A DNA stretch of 63,013 nt, filler included, from Perkinsus chesapeaki ATCC PRA-425 (taxonomy: Eukaryota > Protista > Perkinsozoa): the NCBI GenBank assembly GCA_013115145.1. It is 8 parts of 8 records of this genome, joined end to end, with 100 filler letters (N's around TTAATTAATTAA, not from the genome) between each part and the next. Parts side by side here need not be neighbours in the genome. Positions count along the whole stretch, not along the records: positions 35,798 to 41,500 come from JAAPAO010001133.1; positions 41,601 to 51,840 come from JAAPAO010000898.1; 6 more parts are not named here. One strand, written 5' to 3'. The notes beneath the pieces are model-generated. The model was not told the origin of the DNA. It was given only the letters and a program-made list of their open reading frames with translations, and searched no databases. This document shows, piece after piece, positions 37,118 to 48,000 of the stretch. Made by a program: the position numbers and the translations under genes. Within the stretch, counting starts at the first letter, position 1; each line of letters starts with the position of its first letter.

Positions 37118-38747
37118 ATGGCTGCTGCTGCAGCTGCTGCCTCCACCACCGCCTCAGCTACTGCCCCCAAGTATCCATCTGTCCTTCGACCCGTACCCTC
37201 TGCTGGGCCTGGTATCAATAAGCTCGCTTTTACTCTGGCAGGGACCAGTAAGGCTCGCCCTCCAATCACTCATTAGATCAGCCATTCCCTCAGGCACCGG
37301 TTTGTTACTATATGTCGTTGCCAGTCCTAAGCGCTACCCTCCACACTACGTAGAGAGGCAGTTCTTGAATGCGGACGAGTGGATCCAGCGAGGTGTTGGC
37401 AATTACGAGTATTACTGCCCAGAAAAAGGGGCTGTCTTCCCACCTTATAAGGTTGGTCTTCAAAGGGCTCGTAACGGTAGCTGTTGCACAGTGGCTGGAT
37501 GCGCTGCCACCGCTTGAGGATCATAACAACCACACCGCCGATATTTTCCGGGAGAATCCTGGACTGTACGACGAGTTGAAAAAGCGAGCTACGGAGAACG
37601 GTTAGAAGGAGCTGCCTCTTCGGTGGTGTGGAGGATGCCACCACCTTGATAGGTATCAATCTTGGTAAATGCATCAAGACCGGAATGGACAACAGCTCCT
37701 TGCACATGGACAAACAAGTCGGCGCTGTTGCCGCTGATGTGGAGAGCTACTGGACCTTCAAGGAGCTGTACTTGACGCTGTGAAATTGTTGAAGTGCTCG
37801 TTCAGGTTCGATGAGGTATTGCGCCGACTTCACGGTTATGATGAGGGTCGACGGCAACCTCACGACTTCGACTCTAACAAGCTCACGGACGTTCGGATAG
37901 ACCCTCTGGAAAAGTGCGCACTGTGAAGATTTCTAGAAAACGAAGGTTTCTTAGATACGTCCGATCATGTACGCTACGTCTTGTCCGATCCTTGGACGGA
38001 TTCGCTCTCTCTCCGAGCATCACCTTTGATGAGCGTCGAGAGCTCGAGAATGTCATCACTAAGACGTTGGCCAAGCTGGAGGGGTCGTCTAAGGGCACAT
38101 ACTACCCCCTGCCGGGCAGCCAAAGCTACACTGATGCAACCTTGAGCCGGGGGGAGGAAACCAGACTGAAGGACGAAGGAATTCTGCTACCGGAGCCCGC
38201 CTCTACTATCATACTTTCATCCGGTATTGGCAGGCATTGGCCCGACGGGCGTGGGGTGTTTTTCAATGACAAGAAGGATGTCTTTGTGTGGGTTAACAAC
38301 AGCGACCATCTGGAGATATCGGTCAGGGCGGCCGGAGACGATATTAAGGGCAACTTTGAGAAGTTGATGCTCACCACTGGCAACCTGGAAAGAGCGCTGC
38401 GGGAGGATGATTGTTCCTTCGCCCACGATGAGCATTTGGGATACCTTTCCACCTGCCCTGGCAACCTCGGCACTGGTCTGAGGCTGGCCGTGGAAGTGAG
38501 GCTACCCAACTTGGTGGACCGAAGTGACTTCCGCAAGATTCTGGAGAAGCTCGGCCTTCATATGATCGTGACTGAGGAAAACAGCAGTGAATTCGTCATC
38601 GAGAAGATCGAACGAATGGGTCGCAGTGAAGTCCAGATTACCAATGATTTTATGCGCTCATGCACGAAGTTGGTGAAACTCGAGTGTCGGCTTGAAGAAG
38701 GTCTCGATGTTGATGAGGAGGTCAAAGCCATGCTCACCGATCGCTAG
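37118..38747 (+). CDS. Phosphagen (creatine/arginine) kinase-like protein 1, degenerate active site
   Basis: HNN, KCIKTG, VAADVESY, GIGRHWPDGRGVF, HLGYLSTCPGNLGTGLR. The NEED motif reads NNSD. Confidence 0.85.
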
Positions 38748-38811
38748 TCCATGCGAACGTTTCTGTCTTTAGTTGTGATTGTGTTGCCTAGTAGAGGCTC
38801 ACTGCCAGGAC

Positions 38812-40735
38812 ATGGCCGGCCGTCACTTCCATCGGGCATTCCGGCAAGCGGACGTCTTGACGCCTTTGATTGGTGGTATCGGTTTAGTGGCAGGTGAGGT
38901 GGTCCTGTTGTGCAAGGGGAGGTAGGAGTCTGTCAGGGGCTGGAGTGCTCTGGCAGCTCACTCGACCAGAGTATCCTCCCTACAAGCTAGCAGCCAGGTT
39001 GAAGTCGTTGCCGGCGAGTATCCGAAACGGCTTAGGTGACGATGAGTACTACTGCGAAGAGACCAATGCTACCTTCCCTGCAGACAAGGTATCTATATGT
39101 CATCTGTAGACTACCCGCTTTAGTTTGGTTAGCCGAGTCTGGCTATTAGTGTTGCTCTGTGAACGCGCGTTGGAGGAGGAAGATAATGTTTACGCACTAG
39201 AAAAGGTTTACTTTTGCGTATCTTAAGGTTGAATAGTGCATGATCCGTGCGGCTCCGATTAGGGAGTCATAGAGGAACACCCAATTTTAGGCCAGAAGGA
39301 AAGCACTGCACGATGTTTCCTGCTGGCCTAGTGTGATGCGATGTCCACACCTAGGGACATATTTCCCAGCAAAGCTTTACCACTGTATCTCCCTATTAGG
39401 AACACATATCTGCGAGGCTGAATGACTCTCTGGTTCAAATGGGGGAACTTCAGGATTCTGACGCTTCTAGCTCTAGACTGTGATATGGTCGTTGCCTCAG
39501 CAGACTCCTGGCAAGCTACCTGACCTGTCCAAGCATGGTAACCTTCTAGCACGAGTCCTTAAAGAGAAGCCATCTTTATATAAGTATTTCCGAGAGAAGA
39601 TCACAAGCAACGGTAAGTCGCTTACTCAGTCGTTATTATAGAATGCTGCCTCTGTAGGCGTCACTTTGGCCAAGTGCATCAAGCCCGGCATTGACAACCC
39701 TGGCAGCGAGGAGGGTATCATCGCGGGGGACGAGGAGAGCTATGAGACCTTCAAAGAGCTGTGCGGGAAGGAGCTGCTTAATCGTGAATATCTTACTTTT
39801 AGATTTGATATCGTAATCGATCGACTGCATCGGGGTTACCCCGCCCACGCCCGTCATAATAATGACTTGGATCCGTACAAGATAACTCGGACCAGAATAG
39901 ACACCTCAGGGAAGTCGGTCTTGTGGCCCAAACCTCTACGTAGTCAGCAAATGTTGTTAGGTATGTCCTGTCATGTAGCGTCAGTGCCGTCCGGTCCATC
40001 AGAGGCTTCAATCTGCCGCCCAGCATATCATTCCTGGACCGCCGATCTGTCGAGAAGTTGGCCACCGAAGCTGTTGGGGATCTCAAGGGGGACCTAGAGG
40101 GACAGTATCACCCTCTAGAAGGCAGTCAGAGCATGTCTTCAAAAATGAAGGCTGATACGATCGCTGACTCCTTGGCGGCTTTCACTTATCCTCAATCTGG
40201 CTTTATGCTCTCCGCTGGCATAGGGCGTCATTGGCCTGATGCACGCGGTGTGTTTGTGAACGATTCGAAAGACTTTATGGTTGAAGTCAACAATACCGAT
40301 CATATCAAGGTCATCTCTAAGAGGAGTGACGATGATATCAAAACCTGCTTCGCCAAGCTGTCCCAAGGCCTACGATCAATCCAGGCTTCGCTGGCCGCGC
40401 AGGACCGCGAGTTCATGCGCAACGGGCATCTGGGGTATATATCGACATTTCCGGGCAAACTCGGCACTGGACTGGAGATCTCAGTCGAGATGAAGATACC
40501 CAATATGATTGGCCGACCCGATTTCGAGCAGGTCGCCCGGAAGCTGGGCCTCCGTGTCGACGGCCAAGGCCACACCGGTGTATTTGAGGGTACCCGAATC
40601 ATTCGGAATCTTGATGTCCTCGGTCGTAGCGAAGTGAATATTGTTGACACTGTCATTGAAGGATGCGCTCAACTAGTAGAATGGGAGAAAGCTTTGGAGA
40701 GGGGCAAAGATATAACGAATGAACTGCCAAGATGA
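38812..40735 (+). CDS. Phosphagen kinase-like protein 2, degenerate active site
   Basis: LPDLSKH, KCIKPGIDNP, AGDEESYETF, GIGRHWPDARGVF, HLGYISTFPGKLGTGLE. The NEED motif reads NNTD. Confidence 0.85.
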
Positions 40736-41243
40736 CCACGCATGCCAAACGTTTTTATTGTTTCTGAGACAACATTGTTTGCTCTTTGGTTCCTAGTGGC
40801 GGGCCTCAAAAACGAAGAAAATATTAATAACGATGAGGTTAGAAGCTGGTCATTTGTGACCGAAAATATCGAATCGTTTAGGTGAGCCGCAGTCTTCACA
40901 GTAAACTGTAAGAAGCTTACGAGGTGAAAGATCCTTCGAAGGTTGGAATTAGAACCACTCCCGATGTTTATTAAACCAATTCTGTGATTCAGACTCGATT
41001 CCAGCATCGCATTTGACGTGTAAAAAGCAGTTCTGGAATCGATTCTGAATTTCAAAATCGGTTTATTGAACCATCCCACTCTGCCCGAAAACATATTTAC
41101 CCGAAAAGATAGAAAACAGAATAGTTAAGAAACTTCCAAGGCTCTAAGCCTAAGATAATAGGCGCCTGAAGCCTTAGAGTCTAAGCATTCAGGCGGGTCT
41201 ATTCTACTGCGATTGAGATTTGTTCAAATCTTTTTAGATTGAA

Positions 41244-41500
41244 ATGGTTCCATCGGAAGCAGATACCGCCCCTGGTTCTCCTTCGGGCGAGGAACAGATC
41301 TTGCACTCAGAAAGCCGTCGAAGAATCGCATCCTATGAAGCTGCTGCTGGTGGTTCATCGTTTGTTGGCACTGGTCGAGCTAGTATCGATGGAGGAGATG
41401 ACAAACTCTTAAAGACAAGCGAGTTTGAAGAGGGTGTGAAAGGCATAGAGAGCCATGATTTCTTTTGGGATCGTCCTACCATACACGAAGGTTCAGTTCC
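41244..41500 (+). CDS. 5' fragment of an unknown gene-family member, truncated by contig end
   Basis: MVPSEAD...EEGVKGIESHDFFWDRPTIHEGSV. Confidence 0.55.
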
Positions 41501-41600
41501 NNNNNNNNNNNNNNNNNNNNNNNNNNNNNNNNNNNNNNNNNNNNTTAATTAATTAANNNNNNNNNNNNNNNNNNNNNNNNNNNNNNNNNNNNNNNNNNNN
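41501..41600. other. Artificial contig spacer
   Basis: N-run, TTAATTAATTAA, N-run; 100 bp. Confidence 0.98.
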
Positions 41601-42135
41601 TGTGATAACCTAGGGAAACCCTGCAGTCGCGTGATTTCCCCTCCAAGAAAACGCTGACTCGTTTTCTCTACGCCGGAAACTTTACTGTATTCAGTGGCTT
41701 GGCCCATTGTCTCTTCCAACAACCGTAACGACTTTCCCATTTAAGACACGAGTTATGCAAGATGGCCGGTTAGTGAGTTCCGACTATCAGGTTGTCTTTT
41801 CTTCTCTGGTATCGCTTATTTTATCAATACAATTGCCCCAGCAGGACGAAGAGGGCTTGTCAGTTCTTTTGTTATGACATCATCTAACATCGGTAGGACA
41901 TTGCTGAGCGCTCCTTTAAGTCTTGCCTCAGGCGGAATAATTGGTCCGATTGTGAGCGGTGTACTGTATGACGCCGATCCAGAACGAAGGGCTTACCCAT
42001 TCTATGTGTTTGTGGGGTGCTCAGTCTTATCTCTGATACTCTGTAAGTTGTCATATTGGCGAAATTAAATCCCATCCTGCATTCCTAGGTATGGTCGTTG
42101 ACCGTGGACTCAAATACACTGAATCACATCGTTAG
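41601..42135 (+). CDS. MFS transporter, 3' fragment
   Basis: INTIAPAGRRGLVSS...IGGIIGPIVSGVLYD...PFYVFVGCSVLSL matches the typical last MFS helices; GT-AG introns. Confidence 0.7.
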
Positions 42136-43372
42136 TGAAAACTAAGACTGAAAGGATGTGTTTAGCTGTTAGCGACTACGTTTGCTTTCATTCCTAACTC
42201 CGCTTATGATCCTACCAATTTGTTATCGTCGTTTGTTGTTCGCATCGCCGAGTTGTCGGTCTTGATGCTGTATTCTTAGGTCCGCGATACTTTGCCGTGC
42301 TGTCTTACGCGGTTCGTACTACTTATTACCACCAAAGCATTATGTTTGACATAATGTACGAAACTTCTTCTGGGTATCCAAATTTTCAAGTACAACTCCA
42401 GAATTGTGTTGTAATCTCTAGGATTTTGAGCTTACAGTCAGCCTGTCAGAAAGATGCCGGAAGTATTGCCCCCATAAATCTCGTATGTCGAGTTCATTCA
42501 CTGATTGGATCAGAGGGGCTTTCAACTTGAAAGTCTCAAGCGACGTACTAGACATTCGTTTTCTAACGCAAGGTTCCCAATGTTGTGTTAACTGCCGCGA
42601 ATATCGTAAGGTACCGAACGGACATGATATACCGACACATGCTAACATGCGAATGTAGCATTCTCCCGGAACAAGCGAGCATCTCCATGTTAAACGAACA
42701 TAAAATCACAACCAACATCTCACTAGATGCAGCTCTATCTAGACGTTCCTTTGGCAAGAAATGTGTCATCAAACCCTCAATATCAATGACATTGCCGCTG
42801 TGAACTAGAAATGCTCTGATATCATCGATCTGACCAATCTGACCAACACCGACAATACATCCTGCAATTTGGACATCCCCTGCTTCATTAGCATCTCTAT
42901 CGATATTTCAAATTCAAAAGACTGCCAATAATTCAACCAATACAGTAGTACCCGATACTGTTTTATCGCGCACTGCTACACGTTGTAAATATACAATAAG
43001 CCTGCTCAAGACTACACCATTTTAAGATCTAATTAGTAAAACCTCAGACCAATTTCGTGACCAGAGTGAACGGAGGCTCAATGCAGCATCAGAGATACAC
43101 TCTGCGGTGGATGCTTGATACGCCTCCTCTGTCATCGTTTGCGTCAGTCAGTTCTCATTACTACCCACGTGATGATAGAGGTTAGTACCCACATCGTCAC
43201 CTCAGTAACGTCGTGTTACCCCTTCGAAAGCAACAGGTTGATCACAAATCACGACTCACAATCGGCGAAGTTGGTCGGACCCAATTTCCCGAACGCGATG
43301 CACATGTAAGTGGAATGGTATAGCTGGCTTTATCGACATCATGGTGAGGCTCACCAGGTGAGCAGGTTTCTA

Positions 43373-43790
43373 AATTGATCTGGGAAAGTACTAATCTGTT
43401 CTGGGCTTTTACTAATTTGCTCAGGGCTATATCAATTTTTACTAATTCGTTCTGGCCTGTATCAATTTGTTCTGGGCTTTTACTAATTTGCTCTGGGCTA
43501 CATCAATTTGTCCTGGGCTTTTACTATTTTGCTCTGGGCTATATCAATTTGTTCTGGGCTTTTACTAATTTGCTCTGGCCTGTATCAATTTGTTCTGGGC
43601 TTTTTCTAATTTGCTCTGGCCTGTATCAATTTGTTCTGGGCTTTTACTAATTTGCTCTGGCCTGTATCAATTTGTTCTGGGCTTTTTCTAATTTGCTCTG
43701 GCCTGTATCAATTTGTTCTGGGCTTTTACTAATTTGCTCTGGCCTGTATCAATTTGTTCTGGGCTTTTACTAATTTGGTTTTGGCTTTTA
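43373..43790. repeat. 41-bp minisatellite, about 10 copies
   Basis: Unit atcaatttgttctgggcttttactaatttgctctggcctgt, made of two related halves. Confidence 0.92.
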
Positions 43791-45017
43791 CTACTTAGAT
43801 CTTGAAATGGTGTAGTACGTGTCGACTACTTCCCAACTGACTGAAAGTTAGACAGTGAGTATTACACACTGTGTAAGGTACATCGTGATTTCAAGAACGG
43901 CCAGAAATCGAGTCTGGCGGAAATCGAGCCGTAAAACTAGGTCACTGGCCTTTTGTTCGACTGAAAGCTCAATACAAGGTTGTGAGGCTCCCAATTCTGA
44001 GGAGGAGACATTCTGAAGTTCTGGGGGAATTCGTCAAAAAGTGTACGCAGATAAGGAGCTGGACTCGTAGAACGCTCTACTGACTGCATATCGGGTTGGC
44101 CGGCCTAATGGGGATATATAACAGGGTCGAGAATCAACTTAAAGCTTAAGTGTCTTATGTCCCTGAAAGGTTCTTCGAGGAGCACATATAAGTTCACGTG
44201 AGACATCGTACTCAGAACTTCTGTTCCCAGTGAATGCATCGGGGTTCACTTACACCGCTCCATTGTACTTCTAAACAGCATCTCGTCCTGGTAAAAACCC
44301 TTGTTCTGTCCCAGATAGAACAGGCCATGGTGATGCCTCACATTCTGACATGCTCCCTTCAAAGGTGTACAAGGGAGTCCCTTGTGTAGTGAGTGCCACC
44401 ACTATTATGATACAGTGATCGGCAGCCAGTTCTTCGCGCTCAATGCACAAGTCGTGCCGGAAGAAAATGATCGCTCCGCATAGTTCTAAACTATGTCATG
44501 AACGCCTTCTATCGACTAGACTAAAGACACTCTAGTGAGAGCCGCATATTTTCCGAGGAGAAATTATCACAATATTACGGACCAAGGAGTTTCTCCGGAG
44601 AACTCCCAAATCTGAGGATTTGGCCATGTCCGCTTATGGCCAACCGGTAAGGCCTATTGGTTATCCGCGTGACGTGACCGCGCTCGTGTCTACTGAATAG
44701 ACAACCCGCGAAATGCCCTCGAAACGGATCCCCTGGAGTTTGTGACTGCGGGCACTAGAAGAAATGATCGTCCGAGACTGACTGCCGGAAACACGGATTG
44801 CCTCGGCTTTCCAGCCTGGATTTCGATTGCTGGTCGAGAACTGGGATTCCAGCGCTGGATTTCTAATTGACATTTGGCCTGGCCCGCGTGGTGTCACCGT
44901 GACAGCTTCGTAGTTGCACTGTATTGTGCGGACCTCCAGCGAGCGCTCGCCGCTTTCCGCATACAGTTACCTACCGTAGACTCAATTGTAGTTGCCTACA
45001 GGAACAGGCTTATTCAC

Positions 45018-48000
45018 ATGAGACTCTCTTTTACAGTAGTACTTTCTGCCCAAGTATTTGTCGAAGGATGGGTCTCGGGGCTGCGACTAGATCTCACCAA
45101 TTATCTGGACACAGCAGATGTAAGCCAGGTCGAATTGCAAATGACTGTTGTGTATGTTCCTATTTCTATTTTCCTACAGGAGTACTGCAAATCGCTGTGC
45201 AACTCTACTGGCATCGATATTTGTGCTGGCGTTGGGTCATATTGTAAAGACTTTGATCCACCTGGCACCAAGTTGGGAGTCTGCCAAGGCTTGTGAGTTG
45301 TGCGAGGTATCCCCCATTCTGCCATCCCCCTACCCTCCTAGGTATTATCTCCCAAACAACAGCGTATGCTGTGTAGCTACCCTTGGCCCAAAAGCTTGTC
45401 CAGAGGATCGTCCTGTCTTCTGTCGAGGACTCACCACAACCACTACGACAACAACCACAACAACCACAACAACCACAACAACCACAACAACCACAACAAC
45501 AGCAACAACAAGTACCAGACTACCCGATGTAACCGAGCTAAGGCTGGCCCAACAGGCATTTTTGCCTGTCAGGATTACTGCCAGTCGCTCTGCAAAGTCG
45601 GAGGGAAGAATATCTGCGGAGACAAAGGTTCATATTGCAAACCTTATGGCCCTCCTACTCCAGGTGTCGGAGTCTGTCAAGGACTGTGAGTCGAATAGCG
45701 TCCCACCAACATCAGTACTCTATGTCTTTTCTTTCTACCAGATACCGTCTTCCGGATAACAGTGTCTGCTTTTTCAATAATAACCCTGGTGCTTGTCAGG
45801 AAGATAATCCTGTAACGTGCAAGTATATCTTTGTTATGATTTATACGAAGTCGCAGTGTGAATACTCTAATCACTTGCGCACCCGTTTTGTCTTGGCGCG
45901 CGCTGACGGCATTTTTGTATCTAGCCGTTTCGGTTGTTTCGCCCCGTGCATGTAATGAAGCTGAGGAGATATAAGACTCTCTTATAACCACTATTATTGT
46001 TTGCACAAATGACTATTCCGTCTAGTGTTACCTCCAGTGCGGCTGGGAGCGGAACCGGGCATCCGTCACATATGGTACCCGATGCAGGATCCCTGGCCTG
46101 TCTGCTTGGTGTCGACCCCGGTGACCTCCCGTATTGCTCTGATCAAGATCTCGAGTTGGTCCTATCTCGTTTCGCTGTGGATGAGAAGACCGTTGGAGAG
46201 AGAGTAGCCTATCGCAAGCTTCTGGCCCAGATCCGTGGCAAGGCTCTGGGGTCGGTCCCTCTTGGCGAGGTGGCCCACACGACTTCTGGTAGTGAAGCTC
46301 CATCCACGGATGCGGCGCGTCTCTCGGGGATTCGCGGCCCATCGGAGGATGGTGGTGGTCAAGCTGGGCGTCCGCGTGCTTACTCTCGTCTATCTAATCT
46401 GCTTTCGGAGTTCTCTACTGGTAACGGCTCTTCCTCTTTGGAGGTGAGTAAGGCTATGCAGGGGATCTCCCATATCCCTATCCCCGACAACGCGGAATAT
46501 CAGGGTGGGTCGGACGCGAGACCCGTGACAAGCTGGATAAGGGATATGACCCTAACCAGTCGGGTATATGACTTGAGCCCACCTGATATTTGGCGTCTTC
46601 TTCTTCGCGCCCTCTCTCCCGACTGTCGGCTCAAGCTCATGGGTCACCTAGAGCGTGAAGGACTCCTATCTGCTAACCCTGCGAGGCGTCTGCAGGAGGC
46701 CGAGCAGTTCATGCTTGGGGCGTACCACGTCACTGATGATCCTATCAGATTTCGCAACAAGCTGGCCGCGGTCACCCACAAGCCGGGGGAGAGTGTCACG
46801 GCCTATACTTCTCGGTTCCAAACAGTGATGGAAGAGGGCCGGTCCCTTGGTCTGTCCAGCACGAACGAGGAGTCTCTAGACCTTTACCGGAAGAACTTGA
46901 CACCGAGGTATCTGGGCTTGGCCACCTCCCTCTATTGTGGTTGTGACGATATCGGCTCTCTGTCGGCATCCCTTGCGAGGTGGGAGTTGGTCAACGTTCC
47001 CGGCGTGGTAGGTGTCAAAGCTCTCACCTTGCCTGCTCCTGACGAACAACTGGCAGCTCTTGGGCAAGGTGGCGAATCCCTCAGGCCAAGGCGCGTCTGC
47101 TGGGAGTGCAAAGACCCTTCGCACTTGCGCAGGGACTGCCCGGTGTACAAGAAGCGCCTCGCTGATGAGCTAGCTGTCAAGGGGGACGGTGGCGGGGCCG
47201 CAAGGTCAGCTCCCCAAGGAGCCTCAACGGCTGCTCCACAGGGGCCAACTTTCAAGGTTGTGAAGTTTGCGAGCCCGGACCCCCGAGTAGCTGTTCTGAC
47301 CGATGTGGATGCGCTTGGTTCCCTGAATGGTGCTATGGATGATGCCATGGTCCCGCTGGTACTACGAACGCCCGACTCGGAGTGTGGGGCCGAGATCAAG
47401 GTGCTGCTGGACTCTGGTGCCAGCGGGTGCGGTTTCATCGACGAGCAGTGCTTCAACGAGATGGTCTCTGCGGGGGTCATCCCTCCCAGTGTCAACATCG
47501 CGGTCTCACCTCCGGGTGGCGTGAGGTTTGGGGATGGTCGTTTCGCTGAGGCTAAAGGGGTGGTGCATCTCGACATTCTGAGCCCCAGCGGAGAGAGTGT
47601 CACGCGGAGTGCCCCGTTCAAGATACTGCCCGTCTTATGCCCCACGGTGATCATCGGAGCCAAGCTGCTTGGGTCCAGTGACGAGCTGATGCGCCTCCTG
47701 TCCGCTAGACTTCGTGAGTCGTCGCTACAAGCATCGGCCCCCATTCCCTTTTCGGATGGCGCTTGCGCCAGAGTGATGACTGTTGACACCGCCCAAGTCC
47801 TGGTGGATGTGTATAGTGGTCGGCTACGTGCACGCTGCTACCCATTCGAGGACGCGGCGGTGATCCCGCACGCTGAGGCCGAAAGGAAGCGCTCGAGAAG
47901 CAAGCAACTCCTAATTCACCGTCGGCTCGAGATAGCAGCTCGTGAGGGCAAGTTCGAGAGGATCCGGCCTGAAGAAGCTTTGGTGGTGTCAGAGCCGGTC

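Noticed and set aside
41244-42135. Joining the HDFFWDRPTIHEGSV fragment to the MFS 3' end across the gap
   Set aside because: The spacer does not prove adjacency, and the twin fragment at 35798 abuts unrelated sequence.
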